Source: Octopus vulgaris (taxonomy: Eukaryota). From it: DNA of 64,000 bases. The notes below the pieces were generated by a model. It was not told where the DNA came from and did no database searches. It saw nothing but the letters and a program-made list of their open reading frames with translations. The stretch covers positions 30,876,001 to 30,940,000 of the forward strand of contig OX597817.1 in the NCBI GenBank assembly GCA_951406725.2, given 5' to 3'. This document shows, one piece after another, positions 25,009 to 37,255 of the stretch (positions within the stretch are counted from its first letter, which is position 1; each line of letters starts with the position of its first letter). The translations under genes were made by a program, and so were the position numbers.

Positions 25009-25932
25009 CCTTTTGAGCATTGTGCCTGACAGAGGCAAAGTGGCTGAGTTCCTTTCGAGCACTGGGCTTCACGAAGGTGAAGTAGTTGAGTTCCTTTTGA
25101 GTGATGGGTCTCAAGGCAAAATGGCCGAGATCCTGGGCCTCATGGAAGTAAAGTGACTGAGCTCCTGGGCCTCATGGAGGCAAAGTAGCTGAGTTCCTTT
25201 CAAGCACTGGGCTTCACTGAGGCAAGGTGGTTGAGTTCCTTTTGAGTGATGGGTCTCAAGGAGGCAAAATGACTGAGATCCTGGGCCTCATGGAAGTAAA
25301 GTGACTGAGCTCCTGGGCCTCATGGAGGCAAAGTAGCTGAGTTCCTTTCAAGCACTGGTCTTCACGGAGGCAAGGTGGTTGAGTTCCTTTTGAGTGATGG
25401 GTCTCAAGGAGGCAAAATGGCCGAGATCCTGGGCCTCATGGAAGTAAAGTGACTGAGCTTCTGGGCCTCATGGAGGCAAAGTAGCTGAGTTCCTTTTGAG
25501 CGAGCTTCGTGGAGGCTGAGGCAATGTGGCTGAGTTCCTATTCAGCGTTGGGCCACATGGAGGCAATGACCAAGACCTTTGGCATTATGTCATGCTTGAG
25601 AAGACCCATCAAGCCGAGCAAAATCACAGTTGTGGAAGATACCTATTTCTTTACAACCCACAAGGGGCTAAACACAGAGGGGACAAACAAGGACAGACAG
25701 ACAGATTAAGTCGATTACATCAACCCCAGTGCGTGGCACCCATGCCAGTGGCGTGTAAAAGCACCCATTACACTCTCAGAATGGTTGGCATTAGGAAGGG
25801 CAACCAGCCATAGAAGACCATGCCAAATCAGACTGGACTCTGACGCAGCCTTCCTGTGTGCCAGCCCAATCAAACCATCTAACCCATGCCAGCATGGACA
25901 ACGGACGTTAAATGATGATGATGATGATGATG
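25009..25932 (+). mobile_element. Long family D-related element with 5' higher-order minisatellite and nested SINE B fragment (25644-25732)
   Basis: About 146-bp unit x3 built of 30-42 bp GAGGCAAAGTGGCTGAG subunits; family D 3' end and (GAT)n tail. Confidence 0.8.
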
Positions 25933-26681
25933 ACTCCACTTATCACTGTATAAACCTCTTTCATTAATTAGCTTTGCTCCACCTGTCTCTTTATAGACCT
26001 CAAACAAAGTTGCTATTCAACATTTATTTTATTTAGTTACAATAAATATCAACTAGTATGGTTTTGTGAAATGTGGGTCATGCTTCATTATATTTGTTTG
26101 TATTATATCAAAGGAAGAAGGGTTCCATCTATTGCTTGGAGTAGTTTTGTCTGATCAAAGACATGGGAAGTCAATAAGAGTGATTTTGATAATGCAATGC
26201 TAGCTTGAAAAGTTATAGGTTATTGTTACACAAGTAAAATTTCATTAGAAGGAACTCCACATTGTAGACGTCACTAGAATGAAGAATTGTATCTAATTCA
26301 TGATGAGGGATTTAGAGAGAAGGAGAAAGAGAGAGAGATAACATGAGTGATGAAGTTACAGAGAGGTAAATATAAGTAGCCAAGTTCTGATGATCTGGGA
26401 TTATTGTTGCAGCAGAAGAGAACCAAAATCAAAGAGATATAACAATCTGCCTAACAGAAACTGCACATATAAATTAATATTTTATCAAACATAAATCCAA
26501 CGGTCTGTTGTAGATAAAATAACTCAGCTGATCTATTACCAATTCCCTGTAGCTAGGGAACTGAAACATTTCAAATAAAATATACCAGCATAAAAGATAC
26601 AAATGAAATTTGAGCAATGGATGTGAATTCACTTCGCAACAGCTATATCCCCAAATAATTCATCCATACATTCAACATAAA

Positions 26682-27035
<354 letters not shown>

Positions 27036-27554
27036 CATGTGTGTTAAATGTTCTGTGCATAGCTAAATAACATAGATATATGCACGAAAGCAAAAGAAGA
27101 ATATATATGTTTACACATACACACATATTTACAATGGATTCTTTCATTAATTTTCATCGATGAACATGCAGTTGATCAATCAACTGGATGATCTGGCTGA
27201 ATATTCCAAAGTACCCTTAATGTAATTCTCAAGTACAATCTCTGTGAGAAGACCTTTCAATTACAGATACAGTCCAGATCCTACATAGTTTCCAGTAAAC
27301 CAAACTCACTTCAGCATCACCTTACTGGCACTTGTGCTGGTGGCACGTGAAAAAAACACCATTCGAGCATGGTCGATGTCAGTGCCACCTCACTGACCAC
27401 CACGCCAGTAACATGTAAAAAAAGCATCCACTCCACTCTCAGAGTGGTTGGCGTTAGGAAGGGCAAAAATTACCCATAGATTTAAAGCAAAATGAAGCTC
27501 AAGTTTCGAACTGCACTGAAAAAGAAGTTAACACTGCAACACTATTCATTAAGA

Positions 27555-27796
27555 AAATATACACAGCCGCCAAAAATTCATAAAAAATAGGGATTTTCAT
27601 AGAAAAAAAGCACCTTTTTGATGTAAAGAATTTTTTGTCTTAACATAGTCCGATTTGAATTTTTTCTTCTACAGAAGGAATAGCAAGCTTTCTATCATAC
27701 TCTCAATTTTGGTCAACTTACGCCACAGCATCTCGGAGTTGAAGGCTACCAAACCTGCTACATACACAGACAACTTCAGTTATATATAGAGAGAGA
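27555..27796 (-). mobile_element. Non-autonomous Helitron, 5' part (same family as 61508-61853)
   Basis: Reverse complement of TCTCTCTATATATAA..CTGAAGTTGTCTGTGTATG...TTGACCAAAATTGAGAGTATGATAGAAA; 3' end not found. Confidence 0.8.
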
Positions 27797-27921
27797 TTTG
27801 TATTTATATCACAGCATTGTAAAGTGCAACACAACCAAAGATCAAACTCAATAGTAGGTTCCACATGCCACTTCAGTATTCAGTGTAGTAAGATGCAGGT
27901 TAACCTACATTTTACTACACT

Positions 27922-28493
27922 GGCGAGCTGGCAGAATCGTTAGCATGCTGGGCGAAATGCTGAGCAGTATTTCGTCTGCCACTATGTTCTGAGTTCAAAT
28001 TCTGCCGAGGTCAACTTTGCCTTTCATCCTTTCAGGGTTGATTAAATAAATACCAGTTACGCACTAGGGTCAATATAATCGACTTAATCCGTTGGTCTGT
28101 CCTTGTTTGTCCCCTCTGTGTTTAGCCCCTTGTGGGTAGTAAAGAAATAAGCATTTCATCTGCTGTTATGTTCTGAGTTCAAACTCTGCCCAGGTTGACT
28201 TTGCCTTTCATCCTTTCGGGGTTGATTAAATAAGTACCAGTTATGCACTGGGATCGATATACTCGACTTAATCCGTTTGTCTGTCCTTGTTTGTCCCCTC
28301 TGTGTTTAGCCCCTTGTGGGTAGTAAAGAAATAGGTATTTCGTCTGTCTTTACATCGACTTTGCCTTTCATCCTTTCGGGTTTGATTAAATAAGTACCAG
28401 TTATGCACTGGAGTCGATATACTCGACTTAATCCGTTTGTCTCTCCTTGTTTGTCCCTTCTGTGTTTAGCACCTTGTGGGTAGTAAAAAAATA
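27922..28493 (+). mobile_element. SINE family B, tandem trimer
   Basis: One full and two progressively truncated copies; TAAGATGCAGGT(T/C)AACCT duplicated at 27889-27906 and 28492-28509. Confidence 0.9.
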
Positions 28494-28914
28494 AGATGCA
28501 GGTCAACCTTGGGATCGGCTTGTGTGTGGAGAAATATGAGCCAAACAATAGAAATAAGAATAAGCAGAAAACAGATATGGTATTTCAATGTTTTCTATGA
28601 CATGCATTTCAACAAAATGTCGAAATAATTACGTAACAGTCGTAGAAACATTATTCAATCATCAAATTCATCTCATCAGTGTCCTGCTATAAATTAGAAC
28701 AAAAGTTGTTAAAGCTACAAATGCATAAATTTTTCCCTTTATACAAATTACCAGCAACAATATAGCATGTCACACAATGTAGCAAAGGACACACAAAGCC
28801 TCATGTCATGGATGTTTGAACTATGTCAAACCTCTGAGTGTATGTGTGTGCGTTTGTGCATGCATGCATGCGTGCATGTGAGCATCGGGCTGCAAGTTGA
28901 TAAAATTATGCTTT

Positions 28915-29310
28915 ACTCTTTTACTCTTTTACTTGTTTCAGTCATTTGACTGTGGCCATGCTGGAGCACCACCTTTAGTTGAGCGAATCGACCCTAGGAC
29001 TTATTCTTTGGAAGCCTAGTACTTATTCTATCGGTCTCTTTTACCAAACCACTAAGTTACGGGTACGTAAACACACCACCATCAGTTGTCAAGCGATGGG
29101 GAGGGGGGACAAACACAGACACACATACATGTATACATATATGTGATGGGCTTCTTTCAGTTTCCGTCTACCAAATCTACTGACAAGGCTTTGGTTGGCC
29201 CGAGGCTATAGTAGAAGACACCTGCCCAAGGTGCACCACGCAGTGGGAATGAATCCGCAACCATGAGGTTATTAAGCAAGCAACTCACCACACAGCCACT
29301 CCTGCGCCTA
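28915..29310 (-). mobile_element. SINE family A
   Basis: Homology. Confidence 0.9.
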
Positions 29311-29570
29311 TGTTTTCAATGAATAAATAAATTTTGAAGATGTGAAATTCTCCATTCTTCTTTATGATGCCTTGATCATATACTCTGTATGCTGCATGAA
29401 ACACAATGAAGCAAATTCATGATTTACCTGTTGAGTAAAGTACCATTTAACTGTTTATCATAAAGGATTCTGTATGTTCCTGTTATTCAATGTGGTTAGC
29501 CAGATCTGGATTATATCAGAGTGTTAATAAAGTGACTGCCCAGATTCCAAATCCTTATTCTTTTTGTTAT

Positions 29571-30001
29571 ATATAGGTGTGACCTGGCATCCTCAGTTAC
29601 TATTAGAAACAATTGAATTTTTCCTTTTTGGTTTTATACTGCATCAAGCCACCTTTATTATTTTATAATTTTCATATTACCATTTTACTGAATCATCCAT
29701 CGATTCTTATGGTAAACTCTATAGACTGAGAGATGGGATTTGGCTTAATTATCAGCAGTGGAGTAGTACTACTGATGAACTTTAATCTCAAGTGAAATTG
29801 GCTTGCCAATAAAGTACCCTTGTTCACTGTAGGCTGGTTAATTCCCCTGTCAGTACACAGACTTCTGCTATGTATGTAGCTATAAGGGTCTTTGACTCCT
29901 GTTTTTAGCAATATAGATACTACCTGACACCCTCAGTTACTATTACTGACAATCGAATTTATCCTTTTTGGTTTTATATTACATCTAGCCACCTATATTA
30001 T

Positions 30002-30007
<6 letters not shown>
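29571..30007 (+). mobile_element. ORF-less HHR element with terminal direct repeats (340-bp period)
   Basis: 29571-29667 repeated imperfectly at 29911-30007; HHR in between; runs into (TA)n. Confidence 0.75.
29766..29817 (+). ncRNA. Type I hammerhead ribozyme with extended stem III
   Basis: GUACUA-CUGAUGA-ACUU UAAUCUC AAGU-GAA-AUUGGC UU GCCAAU-A-AAGUAC; one A.A mismatch at the base of stem I. Confidence 0.85.
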
Positions 30008-30050
<43 letters not shown>

Positions 30051-30109
30051 ATATATATAGGTGAATTGAAGAAATGGAGCTGAACGCAGATTGAACAGAA
30101 ATCGTTTCA

Positions 30110-30198
30110 TTTCATTCTACACGTGTTTCGAAAGGCACAACTTACCAAAATCCGATTGAATAATGGGACCATATTGTGTCATTCTCTTCAGGAAGAAA
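30110..30198 (-). ncRNA. Type I hammerhead ribozyme
   Basis: UUUCUUC-CUGAAGA-GAAUGACACAA...UUGUGCCUUUC-GAAAC-ACGU-GUA-GAAUGAAA; palindromic stem III. Confidence 0.8.
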
Positions 30199-30257
30199 AT
30201 AGGAAATCCGTTGGAAAAAACAAAAACAGAACAGAGGCGGAGCAAAAACAAATCGAA

Positions 30258-30481
30258 CTAGGCTCCTAAGAGCCCATGGCGAAACGGAATAAAAAATGAT
30301 GTTAAATTATTTTTAAAATCGTAGACTCATCGTTGACGCACGCTAATAGCCAGACGGGCTCAATATGAATCACGACTATAAGATACCCGAATTTGGTTAA
30401 ACTGCACCGCAAAATGTGGGAGGAGTTAGGAATCTAAATCGAAGGGGACAGACACTCACACAACTAGAGTTTTATATATAT

Positions 30482-30484
<3 letters not shown>
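30258..30484 (-). mobile_element. Non-autonomous Helitron (second family)
   Basis: Minus strand begins A|TCTATATATATAAAA and ends with hairpin GCTC TTAG GAGC then CTAG|T; no TSD. Confidence 0.75.
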
Positions 30485-30519
<35 letters not shown>

Positions 30520-30522
<3 letters not shown>

Positions 30523-30554
30523 TCCGACGAAGAGCTCCGCTCGAAATGTTAAAC
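30520..30554 (+). ncRNA. Minimal HHR motif (same family as 8899), core mutated
   Basis: GUUU-CCGACGA-A-GAGC UCC GCUC-GAAAU-GUU-AAAC. Confidence 0.6.
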
Positions 30555-30671
30555 CCTCCTTCTTTCTTTCTTTCCTGAGCATCCAATAATACTATATTTG
30601 TTCCACATCCTCGCGTTGTTGTGTTTTTTTGTGCTTTCTTGTTTGGATTAACTTTATATATATATATATAC

Positions 30672-31204
30672 AATAGTGTACATTTAAACACAAGAGAAAA
30701 CTACCTTTAACAAGTAATTTCTACATGCTAGAAGAAGCAGTCAAATGACCAAAACCACTTTTAAGAGCAATTTTCGAAAGGAATGAAAAACAAAAAATTT
30801 TACCTTGTTATTTTTTTTTACGGTTATACCTAGGTTTCAGATTTCTTTAGCAAATAAAATAATTTGCTAGGCGAATCCTCATCAGTAACCATGCCTTAAC
30901 AATTAACATACAATTTAGAGACAAATAACACGTGTCTCATCATTATATGTTATAATTTTTCAAAATTCACCGTGCAAGCGCAGTTTCATTCAGCAGTGGG
31001 TGGATAATTGCCGAACCAATCTTTGAAATGCTAAAATCATATTCGTAAAATTATATAGGGTGGCAAATATTTTTAGAAATTACACCACCAGTGGCCTAGC
31101 ATGTATAAAAAGTCAATAGACAGCATATTCTCAATATAAAATAGTGTATATTTAAACACAAGAGAAAACTACCCTTTAACAGGTAATTTTACATGCTAGA
31201 AGAA
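30672..31204 (-). mobile_element. ORF-less HHR element with terminal direct repeats (468-bp period)
   Basis: AATAGTGTA.ATTTAAACACAAGAGAAAACTACC...CATGCTAGAAGAA at 30672-30736 and 31140-31204; flanked by (TA)n. Confidence 0.8.
30822..30890 (-). ncRNA. Type I hammerhead ribozyme, intact core
   Basis: GGUUA-CUGAUGA-GGAUU..UAGCAAAU UAUUUU AUUUGCUA..AAUCU-GAAAC-CUAG-GUA-UAACC. Confidence 0.9.
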
Positions 31205-31664
31205 TTTTACGAACGTATATATATATGTACACATATTGGCACTGAATATTTTGCCATGGCTTGTCTCTGAATCATGTTAGCAGGGTGAAAAGGGTCTGCG
31301 TGGTGTTGTACAAGCTCTATTGAAACTAAAATTTCAGGTTGTTCAATTGTCTATGATGCAACTGTCTGATGCCAGGTTGAGTGGTGGAGCACTGCAACAA
31401 CTATGGAAGCCACAGATACAAATCCAGATGAAGCTGGTTTCTAGTGCAATAACCTGATGCATGGGCATTACTGGCATTTTGCATGAGTCATTAGTCAGTG
31501 ATGGTCTTTCTCAGTCACAAGTGGACACCCTTATATATATATACATATATATCTATACATGTGTGTGTGTGAGAGAGAGAGAGTGTGTGTGTGTATGCAT
31601 GTACATATGCCAGTCCAGTGACTTATCACTCTCTGGACTAGATAACATAAACTACTGCACACTA

Positions 31665-32085
31665 TACTCTTTACTCTTTTACTCTTTTACTTATTTCAGT
31701 CATTTCACTGTGGCCATGCTGTAGCACCGCCTTTAGTTGAGCAAATCGACCCCAGGACTTATTCTTTGGAAGCCTAGTACTTATTCTATCAGTCTCTTCT
31801 GCCGAACCGGTAAGTTACGGGGAAGTAAACACACCAACATTGGTTGTCAAGTGATGTTGGGGGACAAACACAAACACACAAACATATACACACACATACA
31901 TATATATATATACATATATACGACGGGCTTCTTTCAGTTTCCGTCTGCCAAATCCACTCACAAGGCTTTGGTCAGCCTGAGGCTATAGTAGAAGACACTT
32001 GCCCAAGGTTCCATGCAATGGGAATGAACCCGGAGTCATGTGGTTGGTAAGCAAGCTATTTACCACACAGCCACTCCTGCGCCTA
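31665..32085 (-). mobile_element. SINE family A
   Basis: Homology. Confidence 0.9.
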
Positions 32086-32479
32086 TGTTCATATTGAGTA
32101 CTTCTTCACCAGATCATTACTCAACTATGCACATTATGTGCATGTGAGCTTAAGTATATATGCATAAACATACATACACACACACACGCATGCACACACT
32201 CACACACACACACATACACACATACACATATACATACAGTAGGAATGAGATTACTCACTGTTACTACTCTCAGTTTTGTGAATATCACAGAACACAATAT
32301 GATATGAGATACGTGACAGATACAAAACTCAGATTAGTTAGAGTGAGTGTGTTCATCACTAGAATAAATATTTACGTTCTGCTTCTGTACTGAATAGCAT
32401 TTGTTTTTGTTTATCAACTGAAATGAATATACATGCATACATACATACATACATACATACATACATACATTCATACATA

Positions 32480-32644
<165 letters not shown>

Positions 32645-32838
32645 ATTATATACACACACACATGCAAACAATACACATATACATACGCATGTGTATCTGT
32701 CTCTCTCTATATATATATTTATATATATAAATGTATATATGTATGTGTTTGTGTAAGTATGTACAAATATGTGCATATATATGCATGTTTATATATGTGT
32801 ATGTGTGCTTATGTGTGTGTGTATACACACACACACAC

Positions 32839-32873
<35 letters not shown>

Positions 32874-33754
32874 AAAATACGTGAGTGTGTGTGTGTAATT
32901 ATTATAGAGGTTCTCATGTATGTATATAAAAACATCTGAATTTGCCTCTTGTAATGATTTTGGCCTTGTAATAATCAGTATGAAAATCCCCAAACTACAT
33001 GGAGAATGAAATGAAAGATTCTTAATTGGAAATGAACAGCATATAAAGCAAAACCTTTCAGCTAATTAAGATTGATTCATCATAAATTAGATGATGGGAT
33101 TAATTTTGTTTGAGAGAAGTGAATAAAGGAAAGCTTGGTAAGAGTAGTAAGACAGTTTAATGGCTTAAAGTAAATTGGTATATGATACTATTCTTTATTG
33201 ATTTGATTTTCCCTTAGCTTCTATTATACTGTGGGAGGGGTTGGAAGATGGCATGGCTGGAGATAATGGAGGAAAGGAGAAAGTAGTTTACCAATCTGAA
33301 AGTGTTCAAGTTGTTTAAATTGCATTGGATGGTGGTGGCAGGTAGTTGGTAAGTCGTACAGTGATTTTGTCGCAGGGAGTAGAGTGCAATGTACTTATTT
33401 ATTCTATCTGTTTTATACTTTGATCAATTGGTTACCACAGCTCAGCAGTCTGAACATTCTGTTACATAGACATACTTTTAAGACAGGCAAATAAAACAAG
33501 CAGTTTAAAGATGCTTTATTGATTGTATTGTTTATGTCACAGCTGATTGAGTAAATAAACTACTGACCAAAAGGTAAATGGTTCATATTCTATCATGACT
33601 ACAGTGTTAGAAGTATGGCCAAAACCCTAAATTCTCATTAGTTAAGTTTACCTAGTTGGAAGCATGTGCTGTTGGTAAGTACAACTCACCAAACTCAGGA
33701 AAGAGAATTATTTTGTGCATTCGATTTATATCCATTTTCTCATTTTAGCATGAA

Positions 33755-34074
33755 TTGGATGTGAGGAATTCTTTGGAGTTTGGATAATTCATCTTTGGAA
33801 ATGTAGGTGTTTTGTTCAACATCCTTTAACAACCCTTATTCAAGGACCTTTTTAGCAGGATGGGTTACTCAACCTGAAGAAAATTCTAACTAGGCCCCAC
33901 CTGCAAGGTCATGCACTGTTTATCTTGATATGTGATCACTGTGTCATACACATATGGTTGTGATGCATGTGCCTGGTGTACCCTTATCAGACAGGTAGTC
34001 CTGATGGGTATACTGGGCTTCGTATATTTTACCCAAGTGTCACTTTGATGGCATGCGCTCTCACTCAATAATAA

Positions 34075-34113
<39 letters not shown>
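33755..34113 (+). mobile_element. Probable 3' UTR of a non-LTR retrotransposon ending in (AAT)n/(GAA)n
   Basis: GC-richer block ending CTCTCACTCAATAATAATAAGAAGAAG; single copy in the window. Confidence 0.4.
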
Positions 34114-34115
<2 letters not shown>

Positions 34116-34237
34116 TGAAGAAGAGTGATAATACACACACATACATATATACATACCTATGTATGTATATATATATATTTGTGTGTGTGTATCTATATGC
34201 ATGCATATACATATATATAAGTGTAGTACATATATAC

Positions 34238-34276
<39 letters not shown>

Positions 34277-34556
34277 AATGTATTACATATGTATATATAT
34301 ATATATATGATATATATAGATATATATTATATATATATATAATATATATAGATATATATGTGCATATATATATATATATATCATCATCATCATCATCATC
34401 GTTTAACGTACATATATATACGTGTGTGTGTATATATCATCATCATCATCATCATCGTTTAACGTCCGTTCTCCATGCTAGCATGGGTTGGACGGTTCGA
34501 CCGGGGATCTGGGAAGCCAGAAGGCTGCACCAGGCTCCGGTCTTATCTGGCAATGT

Positions 34557-34594
<38 letters not shown>

Positions 34595-34675
34595 ATATAT
34601 ATATATATGTGTGTATGTGTGTGTGTGTGTATATATATATATTTGTGTGTATGTATATATATATGTGTGTGTGTG

Positions 34676-34710
<35 letters not shown>

Positions 34711-35294
34711 GACTGTATATATTTTGTGAAAAACAATTAAACAGTTAGCAAACATAAAAAGAAAAGCTAATACAGGAGAGACAAATGTTAACAAATATTA
34801 TATTAGTTGAAAACTTGAAAAGAAACAGGAGTCTTACCATTTCAGATGTTAGTACTTGATATCAGAAGAAGGGTACAGAAGAAAAATAAAGGAGGAGAAT
34901 TAAAGAGAAAAAGTGGTAGTGAAGAGAAAGAATTGGCTCGAGGCTAAGGGCCAATTAGAAATATGGTTCTATTGGATGAAAGAAGAAGAGATAGTGGTGG
35001 ATGGGTATAAGAGTAGATTTGCCTTTTGAGAGAGGCTAAATGAGGAGTGGTGTGTGTGTGTGACATCATTGTGTGTTTGTATGTGTGGTGTGCAAGCATG
35101 TAAGTATTGGTTAGTAGGGTTTTTGAGTGTTGGTATGTGTGTGTGTAATCATTAAGTGTGTGTGTAAGGAAAGCAAGGATTTCATACAGTTTCTGTCCGC
35201 CAATTCCACTCACAAGGCTTAGGCCAGTCTGTAACAACTATAGAAGATGTTTACCCAAGGTGCAACACATTGAGGTAAAACTTGAAACTGCATG

Positions 35295-35555
35295 TTCTGT
35301 TGTGTCTGGGAAGAGTCATTTTCTTTTTGTGCCTTATAATGTAACACACTCACTGGTAAAATTTCCACTTATTTCTTATTTTTAAAAATAAAAATTTAAA
35401 TTTAAAAAATAAGAAAAAAGTGGAAATTTTACCGGTGAGTGTGTTACATTATAAGGCACAAAAAGAAAATTACTCTCTCCAGTCACAACTGAATATGCTT
35501 CAGCACACGAATTCATAAAAAGAATCTTGCAAACCAAATCCCAAAACGGAATAAT
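35295..35555. mobile_element. Fold-back insertion with about 90-bp inverted arms and 13-bp TSD
   Basis: Arms about 35295-35385 and 35402-35494; TTGAAACTGCATG at 35282-35294 and 35556-35568; a single arm recurs at about 57768-57852. Confidence 0.8.
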
Positions 35556-35945
35556 TGAAACTGCATGGTTATGAAGTAAAGTCTGTGGCCTTACAGTCAA
35601 CTCTACATAAACTATTCATTATCTTTAATACTGAGTGAAATAGAAGCAATTATGCTGTGATTCACTTTACACTATTTCTGTCATCACAATACCAGAAAAC
35701 AAGAGAAAAGCTGATCTTCTAGAAAAAGCAACCAAATTTTCATAAAGCTGTTTCCAAGTGTGCTAAAGAAGAAACGTATTAGATAATGAAGTATTTAACA
35801 TACACAAACTCACAAAAGAAGATGGTCATTGCTGAATTGACTTTGATTGCATCACTTCTTAGTCAGGGAGGGTTTGTGATTAAACACTAATAATAATCCT
35901 ACATCAACACACACACACACATACACATATATATATATATATATA

Positions 35946-36158
35946 GTTAATCCAAACATGAAAACACAAAGAGAAAACACAACAACGCGAGGATGTGGAA
36001 CAAGTATAGTGTTATTGGACGCTCAGGAAAGGAAAGAAAAAAGGAGGATTTCTTGTTTCGAGAAGAGCTCTTTGTCAGGAACATAGGAAAAGGAAAGATC
36101 CAAGGAAGGGAAGACAGAGGAAAAAAATCGCCAACGATACACACGCGGTCACATTTTG
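35946..36158 (-). mobile_element. Short (TA)n-embedded repeat with decayed HHR (family of 8840-9035 and 30520-30655)
   Basis: Reverse homologue including GTTTCGAGAAGAGCTCTTTGTCAGG at about 36055-36079. Confidence 0.8.
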
Positions 36159-36848
36159 ATATATATATATACATATCTACACATGCACATACACACACAC
36201 ACACACAAGGACTGAAATTTGTGGGGCAATAGTAAGGCAATTACATCGACTCTTTTAAACAACTAGTACTTATTTTAGTGACCTCAGAATGATGAAAGGC
36301 AAAGTTGACCTCGGGGGGAATTTGAACTCAGAACTCAGAACACGAAAATGGAGGAAATGCCACTAAACATCCTTCCTGGTATACTCTTTACTCTTTTCCT
36401 TTTTTTGAGTCATTTGAGTGTAGCCATGCTGGAGCACCACCTTTAGTCGAGCAAATCGACCCCAGGACTTATTCTTTGGAAGCCTAGTATTTATTCTGCT
36501 AACAATTCTGTCAGGTCAAAGTATTAAGATCTCATTGGACAGCAGCCATGTTAGGGAACTGCCTTGCAGGGTTTAGTGGAACAAACCACCCTCAGTACAT
36601 GTTTATTCTGAAAGTCTGGTACTTATTATATCAGTCTCTTTTGCTGAACCCCTACGTTATGGGGAGATAAACAAACTGATACTGGTTGTCAAGGGTGGCA
36701 AAGGATAAACAGACACAAAGACACACATATGTACATAAACACACACACACATACAAACACACATGCACACACACACATATATATATAGATACACATGCAC
36801 ATACATATGCACACACACACACACACACATACATATGCACACAGATAC

Positions 36849-36896
<48 letters not shown>

Positions 36897-37255
36897 ATAC
36901 ATATATATATGCATGCACATACATATACACACACATGCATACACACATGCATGCACACACATATACATATATGCACATGCACATATATATGCACATTCAT
37001 ACATACACACATACACACTCACACACACACACATATATATATGTATGTCAGGCTTCCACAAAGTTTCCCTCTACCAAATTCGCTTACAAGGCAATGGCTG
37101 GCTCATAGACAGAATTACTTACATAAGATGAAGTACAGTGGGACTAAACCCGAAAGCATGTAGCTGCAAAGCAAATCCAGTGTTATACCTGTTTTTTCCT
37201 CTCTAGCCTGGTTTAGATGAATATATTTTAAAGCTTTTTTTTTTCAGCCAGAATT

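Noticed and set aside
25030-25560. Regular repeats superficially like a CRISPR array
   Set aside because: No unique spacers, eukaryotic context, no cas genes
31235-31532. Possible mariner-like 3' end (GGACACCCT)
   Set aside because: No matching left TIR or clear transposase motif
34825-34870. Possible minus-strand HHR relics here and at about 49750-49820
   Set aside because: Cores and stem II too degenerate to call
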